A DNA stretch of 64,000 nucleotides from Eledone cirrhosa (lineage: Eukaryota): NCBI GenBank assembly GCA_964016885.1, contig OZ024740.1:209498001-209562000 (forward strand), given 5' to 3'. Shown here in pieces: positions 29,252 through 41,728 of this stretch. How positions within the stretch are numbered: the first letter of the stretch is position 1; every line of letters starts with the position of its first letter. The notes under the pieces were generated by a model. That model saw only the letters and a list, made by a program, of their open reading frames with translations, made no database searches and had not been told where the DNA came from. The translations under genes were made by a program, and so were the position numbers.

Positions 29252-29364
29252 CAGTATTAACAATTGTTTCAATAATTAGGTGAGTCTAAAAGCCGCTGAT
29301 CATTAGAAATTATATCACTTGGTCTTAATTACAGTGTTTGCTTGATCAAATCATCAGAATACTG
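29252..29364 (-). ncRNA. Type I hammerhead-like motif in a TA-flanked Penelope-type terminal-repeat fragment (29201-29423)
   Basis: Minus strand: CAGUAUU-CUGAUGA-(~80 nt)-GAAA-CAAUUG-UU^AAUACUG. Stem I has 7 bp and stem III is palindromic, but the base of stem II is poorly paired. Homologous to 47890-48216. Confidence 0.6.
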
Positions 29365-29420
29365 GTGTGTATATAACACGGGGCACTGGTATTTATAGAT
29401 ACATCGGAGAATAACATAAA

Positions 29421-29454
<34 letters not shown>

Positions 29455-29511
29455 AAAAAATATGAAATCGAAAATGCAACTCGAGTGTTTTTAAGAATAT
29501 TTATTTGGTTC

Positions 29512-29547
29512 CTTTACCGGTTTCACAGTTCTTGTGCTTATCAAAGT
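29512..29547 (-). ncRNA. Minimal hammerhead motif in the inverted Penelope terminus
   Basis: Minus strand: ACU-UUGAUAA-GCACAAGAACUGU-GAAA-CCGG-UA^AAG. Confidence 0.55.
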
Positions 29548-29587
29548 AGAATTGAGATGGAGGGTTTGTGGTTTTTCTCGCATTTAG

Positions 29588-30625
29588 TTGGTTTGGAAAC
29601 GCTACTTGGATGATTGTCTTATTCTTTGGTCTCACACACTCGACCAACTAAATGATTTCAAAAATTTACTTTACGGCATCAATAACCACATTCAATTCAC
29701 AATGGAATACAGCCAAGATCAACTCCCATTTCTGGACATCTTAATCATAAAAAAAAGACACAAATATTGAAACTGACATACACTACAAACCAACAGATTC
29801 CAAACAATACCTGCTATTCACCTCCAATCGGCCAAAGCACACGAAGATGAACATCCCTTTTAATCTAGCAAGAAGAATTTGCACAATTAAGAAACGCAAA
29901 ATAAAAGACTTCAAGAATTAAAGGAAATTCTGCTTGAAAGACAGTACCCACTATTACTAATAAATAATGGAATAGAAAGGGCTAAAGCAATAGGCATTGA
30001 TGAATTACGAAAACAGAAACAAATTCAAGGTACGTCCAATATTCTATATCTCAACACACAACCCAAGAAATGCGGAAGCATACAACATTATTCACAAGAA
30101 CAACCCACTATTGAAAAAAGCCCTTGAAACACACAAAATAATCAAAAGCAAAAGACAACCGAATCACTAAAAACATTACTCACCAATGCCAAATTACCTA
30201 CCACAAACCCACAACCAATTGTCAAAAAATGTGGTTGCTCTAATTGTGGAACCTGCACTCACCTCATTGAAGGCAACATGTATACATTTCAATCAGGACA
30301 AAATTTTGTTGTAAAACATCACTTCACTTGCTCATCAAAAAATCTAATTTATGCCATTAAATGTAAAGGATGCAATGAAGATTATATAGGACAAACTAAA
30401 CTCACACTCAGAAATAGAATGACAGTTCATCGCCAACAATTACGAGACCCTACCACAAGACAGATACCACTCAGTGCACATCTAGATATATGTGCAAGTG
30501 ATAAGACACCCAAATTCCAAGTCTTCCCATTTTATCTTTGCGCTGACAATACAACAGAACAAATACGAATAAATAAGGAAAATATGTTTATTCAAAAATA
30601 TAGACCAGCATTAAATATAGTTTAA
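29588..30625 (+). pseudogene. Frameshifted Penelope-like ORF: RT C-terminus, thumb, Cys-rich linker, GIY-YIG endonuclease
   Basis: WKRYLDDCLILW..IQFTME..LPFLDILI; TDIHYKPTDSKQYLLFTS..NIPFNLARRICTI; CGCSNCGTC; NLIYAIKCKGCNEDYIGQTK..LRNRMTVH..KENMFIQKYRPALN. Confidence 0.92.
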
Positions 30626-31172
30626 TATACATTATGTTAACACCATAACATGCTAACCATCCAAACAGACACACACGCACGCACACACACACACTAACAC
30701 ACATCACCTATATTCGAAAATAAAAACCACAGCTAAATAAACCTTAACATACGTTAATACTCTAACACCTTAACATGCTAACCATACACATATAACTCCC
30801 TCCCCCATTTCTACTAACAGAATCATTTTCCTACACACACACGCACACACACACACAAATATATATTCTCTCCATCTTAACATGCCAACCATACTCCCAC
30901 ACACACACACATACACACACATATAACACCCATACACACACACATAACACCCTCCTCTATTTCTTCTAATAGAATCATTTTCCTACACACCAGTACACAA
31001 ATAAAAATACATATCTCTACTTTCTATATTTCAATAGAAAGTCTGAATTTTGACACCTCATCACAGCCATACTCACTGAATCAGAACAATTCTCCCCATC
31101 CCTTTTTTTTTACCATTATCTTTTGTTAGGCACAAAATACTCTAAATGACTACAAAAAAATTCTCAAATACA

Positions 31173-31490
31173 GGTGCGAAATTTAATGTACTTGTTCACG
31201 TGACAGTCATAATTTCATTTATAACCAATCAAATTACATTTATAAAAAAAAATTTTCTGAGCCACTCTTTTAAGTAAAAAGAAACTCAAACACAAACTGT
31301 CGTGAAAGTTGATGTGGTTATTCACGTGACTGCATCAACCAACCGAATTTCACTCATATATGAAAAACAATCTGACCCCCCCCCCTTTTTTTTTTAAAGG
31401 CAAATATAATAAGAACTTTGTAACGTGAACTGGCGCGAAATTTATTAGACTTATTCACATGGCAGTCATCAACCAACGAAATTACTTTTC
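31173..31490 (+). promoter_or_regulatory. Three degenerate modules of E2F-like site + E-box + CCAAT-like box in the Penelope 3' region
   Basis: GGTGCGAAA..TCACGTGA..AACCAATCA; GTCGTGAAA..TCACGTGA..AACCAACC; GGCGCGAAA..TCACATGG..AACCAACG. Confidence 0.4.
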
Positions 31491-31594
31491 TAAAAACCTA
31501 GCATTTCGAGCCACTTTTCCCCATATAAAACAGAAGCAACATTCGAACACCAACCAGATGCGAGAAAAACCACAAACCCTCCATCTCAATTCTA

Positions 31595-31630
31595 CTTTTG
31601 AAAAGCACAAGAACTGCGAAACCGGTAAAG
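31595..31630 (+). ncRNA. Minimal type I hammerhead ribozyme (U3-A8) in the Penelope 3' terminal repeat
   Basis: CUU-UUGAAAA-GCA(CAAGAAC)UGC-GAAA-CCGG-UA^AAG; palindromic stem III ACCGGU and a GUA triplet. Confidence 0.65.
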
Positions 31631-31869
31631 GAACCAAATAAATATTCTTAAAAAGACTCCAGTTGCATTTTCGATTTCATCTCTTTTCCTTATACTTTCA
31701 CTTGTGTAGGAAGGACATCTTGTTTTTTTTTTTTTCATTTTGTAAAAAAAACCTCATTTTTTAATCTATATAATTTTTTGTTTTTACATTTGTTTTTCCA
31801 CACTTGCATGGGCTGGACATATATGTATGTATATACATAGTTATTATTATAATATAAATACACTGTACT

Positions 31870-32085
31870 TAATTGTTTCTTATATGGGCACAAGGCCAGC
31901 AATTTTGGGGGAGGGGAAAGTCGATTAAATCGACCCCAGTGCGTGACTGGTACTTTATTTTATCGACCCCGTAAGGATGAAAGGCAAAGTTAACCTCGGC
32001 GGGATTTCAGATCATAAAGGACCGAAACTTTATGCGTCAAAGCATGGCGTCCGGCCCTCTACCGATACTGCCAATCCACTGCCCT
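31870..32085 (-). mobile_element. SINE family A copy
   Basis: Reverse complement of the family A consensus. Confidence 0.9.
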
Positions 32086-32403
32086 TAATGAAAAATTTTA
32101 AGGGACTTACTAAAATTATAAATTATTTCATCATTATAGTATTTGTAACACTTTAACAAAAGGTTCTTATATCATCTTATGTTGGAAAGTTTAATTTAAA
32201 TAGGAGTCCGTTAAAATGAGTGGTTTTATTTCATAGAAACTGAGACAGTTTTGAGTAGGTTGGTGCAAAAATGATTGACATATTTCTATGTACAAGTGTC
32301 TTGTTTTCAATTTCCAGTAGTATCTGATTCCATGTATATTACCAGTACTCTGGAGGATTTCTTCATTTCATCCTCTCTAAGCATATTATTTGTCATATTC
32401 ATA

Positions 32404-32596
32404 CAGAGCTGGATTAACCATTAAGCAAAATAAACATGCTTACTCTATCAAGAGGAAAGGGGGTATTATTTTATTTAAATTAAATGAATTTGTCACCTTC
32501 CCCTCCCCACCTCATTTTTTTTTTTTTTTTTGCAGTCTTTATACATGGGGTAGTTTACTATAATATTTTAAGTGCTTAGGAGTTAATCTGACCCTG
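32404..32596. mobile_element. Putative hAT-like MITE (degenerate)
   Basis: Termini CAGAGCTGGATTAAC / GTTAATCTGACCCTG; similar termini bracket about 37125-37762. Confidence 0.45.
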
Positions 32597-32689
32597 TGCT
32601 CATATATATGTTTGTGTGACTATGTAAATGTACAACTGTGTATGTTGTTGTTTTTGGCTCCCTGATGCAAAACATTTTCTCTTTTGATT

Positions 32690-33302
32690 TGTCGGATGCC
32701 ATGCTTTGCAGCTTAGAGTTACGGCCCTTTATGATCTGAGTTCAAATCCCGTCAAAGTTAGCTTTGCCTTTCATCCTTACAGGGTCAATAAAATGAAGCA
32801 CCAGTAACTCACTGGGGTCAATTCAACCACTTTACCCTTCCCTTCAAATTGTTGGCCTTGTGCCAAAAGTACAAACAATTATTATTAAGAGCACTGGATT
32901 GGCAGTATCAGTAGAGCGTCGGACAACATGCTTTGCGGCATAGAGTTACGTCCCTTTATGTTCTGAGTTCAAATACCACCGAGGTTATCTTTGCCTTTTA
33001 TCCTTCCAAGGTTGATAAAATAAAGTACCAGTAATGCACTGGGGTCGATATAATTGACATTCTCCTCCCCAAAGTTGTTGGCCTTGTACCTAAATCAGAA
33101 ACCATTATTATTATTTGGCAGTATCGGTAGAGGGTCGGACACCATGCTTTCCAGCATAGTTACGTCCCTTTACGATCTGAGTTCAAATCCCGCCGAGGTT
33201 GACTTTGCCTTTCATCCTTACGGGGTCGATAAAATAAAGTACCAGTAATGCACTGGGTAATTGGTGGCCTTGTGCCTAAAGTAGAAACAATTATTATTAT
33301 AT
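32690..33302 (+). mobile_element. Three tandem SINE family A copies
   Basis: Head-to-tail copies, each ending in (ATT)n. Confidence 0.9.
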
Positions 33303-35561
33303 TCTTCTTAGTTTGACCGTTACTCCAACAAATTAAATCAAACATTTTGAACATCAAGATAACCGACACTAAATACCCTTAGTTAATGCTAATAACATGT
33401 GCTTTTTTTAAATTTATTAATTAGTCTTTTCTTCTTTGGTTAATTAGACTGTTTTTTCCTGTTGGGAATGGTAAAAAGTAACATTACTGAAGGAAAACTA
33501 AACTGTAGTGTTTCTATAATTTTGTTTTGGCTTTATACTAAAGTTTACTTACAAACTTTCTTGAAAACCTCAACTTTATCTTCCTGATTAGCTTTGGATT
33601 TATTGATCAGTTATACCGGAGAATATTTATAGTAAGAATAGTTACACTAATCAATAGAACTGAAGATCTTGAACTGTATAGTCTATTTTTTTTTTACCAT
33701 TCTAGAACAATGCTATTTATTTTATTTCAAAATACTGAAATATATCCCTAGGATAAAATTACATAAAAATAATTGTTTCTACTTTTGGCACAAGGCCAAT
33801 AATTATCTCAGTACATTACTGGTACTTTATTTTATCGACCCCGTAAGGATGAAAGGCAATGTTAACCAAGGCGGGATTTGAACTCAGACCGTAAAGCATG
33901 GCCTCCGACCCTTTACTAGTCAAACATTAAAAAAAAAAGTATTGGAAAGGACAATAAATGCTATAAATATGAAGAAAAGGAAGGAAAGAGCAAGGTTTAT
34001 TAGGCAACAAATGAAAGAAAGAGGGAAGTGATCTGAGATTGTTTACAAAAACTGTAAAGCTAACTTTTAAACCTGTGTTTGTAGTGATGAGTTTATTACG
34101 AAATGTTGTAATATGTACCGAGAAAATGTAGTTATCATATATGTATATGTATTAATACTTCTGGTTGATAAGTTACAGGGTGTGTTTGTCAATACTGCTT
34201 ATAATATGCTGTGATATATCTTTAACTACATGTAAACAAATATTTTCGTAGTTCTTAACAAATTAAACCCATTTTAATTCTTTGTATTTACATTCTGTAA
34301 TGATTTAGGAGAAAATATCTATTAAAAAATGTTTGTTAAATCAAATGTTTTATAGTATTTTTATCATTGGATTGATTGTTGTGAAAATGTGCCTTATTAG
34401 AGTAAAGACTTTACTTTTTAATGTGATGTAGTCATAGTGTATTTTTTAATACTTTTCAAGAATCGATTACTAATGTGGTTTCATGCAATTCATGACATTA
34501 AGAGTTAATAATTCTATTTATTTTATTTAATGATGTACAATAATATATTTTATTAGATTTCATCATGTTTTAACAAAATAAGTAACAGACTCCAGCTACT
34601 CAGACATGTACACACTATCTCCACTATATTTTAATTATATCATATCCATTTACTGGTGTAAATCACGTGTTTGGAAGATTACCAAGGGGAGAAAATTACA
34701 TAACAATATACAGACAATACACTTACATAGTCTGCTTTACTTCCGTATGATGCAATAACAATACATCACAACAATATATAACCCTTTTGATACCAAACTG
34801 CTTAAAACTACTACTCATTCCATAATACAATACTGATCTAATCCAAACTTGAGTGACTTGGAGACACAGAAAGGCCCTCTCTGACAATCTCCAAAGTTCC
34901 CTTTGGATCCCTTGATAATGGATGGTACATCATCATCATCATCATCGTTTAACGTCCATGTTCCACGCTTGCATGGGTTTGGATGGGAGTTTTCCCGCTT
35001 GAGGCAAGATTGGTTGTCCTGCTCGTATAGGACTGTCTGGCGGGTTTTCTATGGCTGGATGCCCTTCCTAACACCAACCACGTTTACAGTGTGGACTGGG
35101 AGGTTTTTACCGTGTTACCTACACGGCCACATTACAGTGTGGACTGTGTGTTTTTTTGTCGTGACACCTACACGACCTCATTTGTTTCAGACTGGATGTT
35201 GTGGTACCAACATAACTTCACATTGAAAGGGGTGGTGTGGATGGGGTGGGGGTAGTGGATAGGGACCAATAAATATTTCCAAGGTAACATTATCTCTGGT
35301 TCCTTTTTTTTCTTTCTTCCTCTTCTCTACTCCACCTCACCTCTCCATTTCTGCAGCCAATGTTGTTTTTAGTATTTACAACCCTGCCTGCATTGTAGCA
35401 GATTCCTGAACACAACCAGGTTTTATATTCCACAATGCTTCAAGCAGAATATAACACTCTCTTAACAATGCTGTTTATTTTAAAGTGTTTATCATCGTCA
35501 TTGTTTTATATACGCTTTTCCATGATTGTATGGGTTGGATGGGTCTTTTCTTCAACTATTT

Positions 35562-35905
35562 ATCATTTTCATTTCATTTTTATTTTACGTCCGCTTTTCC
35601 CTGCTTGCAAGGGTGGGACGGGAACTGATTCTGGCTTGATTTCTACAGCTGGATGCCCTTCTTTACACCAACCTCATTTACAGTGAGTGCTGGGTGCTTT
35701 TTTGCTGTGGCACCTCTACGACCACTTTGCAATGGGATGATATGGACCCCAGTCCCTATCATCTCATTTCTACAGCTGAGTAAACTGGAGCAATGTGAAA
35801 TAAAGTGTCTTGCTCAAGGAAACAACACATCACCCGATCCGAGAATGGAACTCACAACCTTTCGATTGCAAGCCCAATGCTCTAATCACTAAGCTATGCG
35901 CCTTC

Positions 35906-35937
<32 letters not shown>

Positions 35938-36206
35938 CTCATATATATACATATTTCTGTGGTGCCTACATGTCCACTTTACAGTGTGGGCTGGGTGCTT
36001 TTTTGCCGTGGCACCTCCACGACCACTTTGCAGTGGAATGATAGGGACCCCATTCCCTATCATCTCATTTCTACAGCTGAGTGAACTGGAGCAATGTGAA
36101 ATAAAGCGTCTTGCTCAAGGAAACAACACATCACCTGGTCTGAGAATTGAACTCACAACCTTTCGATTGCAAGGCCAATGCTCTAACCACTAAGCCATGT
36201 GCCTCC
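35562..36206 (-). mobile_element. Two adjacent SINE family B copies
   Basis: 35562-35905 is full length; 35958-36206 is tail-truncated; separated by (TA)n. Confidence 0.88.
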
Positions 36207-37299
36207 ATTATATTTATCTAAAAACTTTGCATCATAACCTTATGCAAATTATGTTCCAAACACCAGCTGAATAATGAAAGTTATTTGACTAAAATTGTTG
36301 ATTATTTGAAATCATATGCAGTGTCTTTTGTTAGTAATATGGTAAGGAAAAGGTTAAATAATTTTCTATTTTGTCAATAAGAGATTCAAATTTATTTTAT
36401 TTTCAAATTTAGTTTATTCACCTACAATAAATTATGAGATTCAGAAATTATAATATTTTGATTATTGAATGATTAAAGATTCTGTGTCACTTTTTTTTCA
36501 AAAAAATTAAAACTTTGTTTCAATTTGCTGCTTTACTTTATAGACTACCGTATATTAAAAAAATACTTTTTATATAGTGGTTGACCAATACCTTGTAGGT
36601 GGAATTTGGTAAATGGAAATTGCAGAAACCCATCATGTGTATATATGTGTGTGTGTGGGTCTGTGTTTAAGTCCTGTGATTTAACAGTTCAACAAAAAAG
36701 AAATCTATAAAAAGAGTACCAAACTTGAAAAAATAAGTACTTGTGTTGATATGATCAACTAAATCATGACAGTGTCCCAGCATGGCTGCAGTATACTAAC
36801 TGAAACAAGTAAAAGAATAAAATAATTTTGCATGGTGACATGCAAGTTATAAAACTGAGAATAAAAGAGAAATTAGTTTGTTTCTTAGCAACCACTTCAG
36901 TGGTCAATAACCAATCAGATATTTCATGCGTAATAACTCAAATTATATAATATACAACATATTGTTATTGATTGATAAATATTGCAATGAGTAGTTGTTT
37001 TTACCAGATGAGTGATCTTTTGGTTATAGTTACGTTAGTACTAATAAATTTAAAACGACAAGGACATCAAAATGCTCAGACAATTACTAATATTATTTCT
37101 ATATGGCTTTTAGATAGTCCCTGCCAAGGCTGGATTAGTCATTAATCAAAATAAATACATGCTTCGGGCATCAAGGGGTGCCATTTTGCCATAAATGTCA
37201 TTCCCCTCAAATTTGTTTGCAAACTTATGTATAGAGAGGGAGGTAAGTGTAAAAGCTAAACTCACTAGCTTCAATTCAGTGTTCATGTCTACCCTTACC

Positions 37300-37690
37300 T
37301 ATGGCCATGTGTCTTGGATAATGACTGAAAGAATATGATCGCAAATACAAACAGCTTAAATAGGGTTCTTCTGAAGGGTCTTTGGAATAAAATTACTTGA
37401 TATATTGTGCAGCTCGGAGATCACAGAGTTGCTCCAGATAGAACTGCTATTTTTCTGAATTGATAGATCACAGTTCTGATATTACGGACATGAGGTTAGA
37501 ATGTCTAAGGGAAGAATCACTAGACAGGAGATTCAGCGGTAGACCACAAGCAAGCTATGAGCCCAGTTGGTCATGCTTAGAGATCCAGCTGAATCAATTG
37601 GAGATGGTTGCTTTTAATAGAACCCTCTGGAAGGCATATCTGATGACTGTCCCAATGGCCCTCTCAAGAATAATAATAGCAATGAGATGA
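37300..37690 (+). mobile_element. RTE-clade LINE 3' fragment
   Basis: Nucleotide homology to 6310-6720 (GCAAATACAA.CAGCT..GGGTCTTTGGA..GATCACAG..GATCCAGCTG.ATCA.TTGGAGATGGTTGCTT). Confidence 0.65.
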
Positions 37691-39741
37691 AGAAGATATA
37701 TGGTGTGGGGTTCACAATAATCTTTTAAGTGTTTAGGACCTCAAAAGGACTTAATCTGGGTCTTTTCATTAGGATTGTGTCTAAAAGTAATTATTCTTTG
37801 AATATTTTTATTCAAATACACCAAGAGATGTACATGTCTGTACATTTATTTGATGATTCTCTCATGACTACTTCAGCAAGTATGAAGCCTATGCTTCTCT
37901 GATGAGGTCAAAGAAGATGAAAAAATGCCTGGAGTTATCTCCAGTATTTGTCAAAAGAATCAAAATAAAATTAAGCAATGGCTAATATCCCTTTATTTGT
38001 TTTCCTCCTGAAAGACAAAGTCGACCAGTGAGATTTGAACTCAAAGTGCAGAATAATTCTGCCAAATCAAGTGCCATACATTAGATACATTATTAGCTGA
38101 GTTCAAATCCCGCCGAGGTTAACTTTGCCTTTCATCCTTATGGGGTCGATAAATTAAAGTACCAGTAATGCACTGGGGTAATTGCTGGCCTTGTGCCAAA
38201 AGTAGAAACAATTATTAGCTTACCAGCTTAATGTTAAGAAATGTGAATACAAACTAAACCATAATGACTTTAAATTTTATTCAAAAAATAATACATAGGT
38301 GATTCATATGTTTATATAGTTACATTGAATGTTCAAAATGCTGCTCAGTTTACAAGTATGCTATTATCATCATCATCGTTTAACGTCTATTTTCCATGCT
38401 AGCATTGTTTCTTTGTAATCTGTAAACTAATTATGGATTACAGTGTATATATATATCAATCTCTGTTATATTTAATCGCCACCTTTATGCCGGTTAGATA
38501 CAACTGACGTGGAGTGTTCTTACCTGCTTACATCATAACATAACTCTTACGGATAAACAATATAGTAATTAGCAACTATGTATAACAGGTCCATACATAC
38601 ATACATATATATATATATATAGACTCGTTGCTCCTGATGGAATTGTAGGTGAGCTGTCATGACATACAGTGTGTTTTGGCCATTTTAAACCTGGCAGGGC
38701 CCATCTCCTTTCCAGATTGAAACAATGATGATTTCTTCCAGAGAAGGAGAAAAAAAGATATAGAGGAAGAATCGACATCAGTACTGGACTGGTACTTTTT
38801 TTTTATCGACCTTGAAAGGATGTAAGGCAAAGTTGACCGTGGCAGGATTTGAACTTAGAGAAAACAGAGAGCTGGAATTAATACTGCAAAACATTCTATC
38901 CAATGTTCTAATGACTCTGCCAATTAACCTTCATCCACCCTGTATATTAACACTTACTTAACTCTTTGTTTTTCGTGTAATTTTTCTAAAAAAAAGTCAA
39001 TCCTATGTCCCCCCCCAGTTTATTTCACATTACCTTTGACACAAATTACACTGGTTTATTTACATATCTATTTTTAACATTATTCTGATTCGAGACTGTT
39101 TCGTACTTGAAATGTGAGAATTGTCCTTGCTTGGGAAACCAAAGTGGTAAAGCATTCAATAATTTGTTCATAGTGAATTTAAGGATAATTGTAGATAAAT
39201 ATTGATATATTTCTACCTTTCCATTATTTCTTAAATAAATTCTGTACAATACCTCAGTTTTCTTAGAGGAGTAGGAAGAAGGACTATTTGACATTCAAGC
39301 ATTTGAGAACATTAACTGTGTGAGTATTTTGTACATATTAAAAGTATGTATATTATGGATATCTCTAAATGGGTGTATATGTATATATATATATATATGT
39401 TCTTGTCTGATGACCCTGTGATAAACAAGTGAAACTCCAGAGTAACAAAACTCACTATTTAGCCTTAATAAAATGAACATATATATATATATAGTCTCTC
39501 TCTCATACACACAACCCATGCAAGCATTGAAAAGCAGGTGTAAAATAGTGATGATGATTATATGTAATATTTGTAAGTATATATGTGTGTGTGTGTGTGT
39601 ATATACATATATATACACACATACATATATATATATATACATATATATACACACATACATATATATATACACATATATATATACACACATATATATATAT
39701 ACACCTATATATACATATATATACACCTATATATATATATA

Positions 39742-40015
39742 TCATCATCATCATTATCATTACCGTTTTACGTCCGTTCTTCCACGCTAGCATGGGTTAG
39801 ACGGGTTGTCCTGTTGTGGGCAGTGTCTGGTCGGCTGACCTGCCTTGCTCATACAGGAACTGATTTTGGCTTGATTTCTACAGCTGGATGCCCTTCCTAA
39901 CACCAACCTCATTTACAGTGAGTGCTGGGTGCTTTTTCGTGGCGCCTACACGTCCACTTTACAGTGTGGGCTGGGTGCTTTTTTGCCGTGGCACCTCCAC
40001 GACCACCTTGCAGTG
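39742..40015 (-). mobile_element. SINE family B-type body/tail
   Basis: Shares CTACAGCTGGATGCCCTTCCTAACACCAACC and a (CAT)n tail with family B. Confidence 0.85.
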
Positions 40016-40059
40016 GGGGGTGTGGGGGCATATTGTCTATATGCTTCAGCTTGTACCCA

Positions 40060-40468
40060 TGGGAGGTCGGGTACTCTGTATTACTGCGTGACGCCAGAGG
40101 TCACGGTCTTGTGTCATCGCCTTTGAGAGGTGTAATTGGGTAAGGTCGCTTTTATCACCTCATCCCAGGTCATCTTGGGTCTCCCCACTCCGCGGCTTCC
40201 ATTGACTTCTAGTGCTCTGCACCTTTTTATGCAGCTGTCATCCTTCATACGCATCACATGTCCATACCAACGCAACCGCCTCTCCTGCACACAGCATTTG
40301 ATTCCTCTTATGCTCAGTCTCTCTCTCAATTCATTTATGCTTTGCTGTTCGCGTATATTACTATTACACATCCATCGGAGCATGCAGGCTTCGTTTCTTT
40401 CTAATCTACGTAAGTCTTCCACCTTCAGCGCCCAGGTCTCACTACCATGCAACATCGCTGTTCGGATA
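40060..40468 (-). mobile_element. RTE-clade LINE 3' coding fragment
   Basis: [58 protein letters not shown] is a typical RTE C-terminus. Confidence 0.9.
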
Positions 40469-40504
40469 CACACACCTATATATACATATATATGTATATA
40501 CACC

Positions 40505-40582
<78 letters not shown>

Positions 40583-40847
40583 CATATATATATACACCTA
40601 TATATACATATCTATATATACACCTATATATACATATCTATATATACACCTATATATACATATCTATATATACACCTATATATACATATATATATATACA
40701 CCTATATATACATATATATATATACACCTATATATACATATCTATATATACACCTATATATACATATATATATATACACCTATATATACATATATATATA
40801 TACACCTATATATACATATATATATATATACACCTATATATATATAT

Positions 40848-40967
40848 ATATTAAAATACAAATATTAATAAAATAGATGTTCTTTTGATCAATTAAATTT
40901 TATTATACATAATAAAATTTAATTGATCAAAAGAACATCTATTTTATTAATATTTGTATTTTAATAT
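40848..40967. repeat. Perfect fold-back palindrome, 59-bp arms, 2-nt loop
   Basis: ATATTAAAATACAAATATTAATAAAATAGATGTTCTTTTGATCAATTAAATTTTATTAT-AC-(reverse complement); abuts a TA-rich microsatellite. Confidence 0.9.
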
Positions 40968-41728
40968 TAATAACTCTGGAAAATATCTTTTTCGTTAGAG
41001 TGCTTCCAATCTACTGTAAAACTCATTCTTTGATGTACTCATTGAATCTTGTTTAACTCTTTAATATATATATATATATAACAAATAACAAATACACACA
41101 ACACATACATCCATATATATTTATTACAAACACACATGTTCTCTATTATATGTGTGTATGTATATATGTTTGTACTTTTGTTCAAATTACTGCTTTAAAA
41201 TGTTAATTTTTAATATTTTTCATATTAAAATCTTCGTCAAAATATTTATATTTTATTCAACTTTGCCTTTCATCCTTACGGGGTCGTTAAAATAAAGTAC
41301 CAGTAATGTACTGGGTAATTGCTGGCCTTGTGCCAAAAGTAGAAACAATTATTTCTCATGTATATACATCCATCCAATGGCAATTTAAGCTTTGATATGT
41401 TAGCCATTAGTTGAAGTAGTCTAACTTTGTATAGCTAAGCTGTTGGCAAATTCCAATGAAACAGACAATCATGTTGAGGAGGTAAATGCTGTCAGTATGG
41501 CACTAGATATTTTATATCTACTTTCAGAGAGAAAAGAATAGGAAACTGATTGTAGCATAAATTAAACTGTGTGTCCCTGGTAAATAAGATATATATGGTT
41601 AATTCCTTTCAGTAGTTTCGTTGTTTTTTGTTTGTTTTTCTTCCCAATTTTAAATTAGTATTTCGAAGAGTAGGCAGCAAATTGGCAGCCGGTACAACAC
41701 CAGCTAGAATGCTTTGATCCTTAAGCAT

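Larger units (their letters stand above)
29451..31690 (+). mobile_element. Penelope-like retroelement, 5'-truncated, with an inverted copy of its 3' terminus at the 5' end
   Basis: RT and GIY-YIG coding remnants; 29451-29592 is the reverse complement of 31549-31690; the 5' side abuts (TA)n. Confidence 0.9.

Noticed and set aside
37893-37935. CTGATGAGGTC..GATGAAA hammerhead-like string
   Set aside because: There is no stem III/NUH site and no stem I pairing; probably chance.
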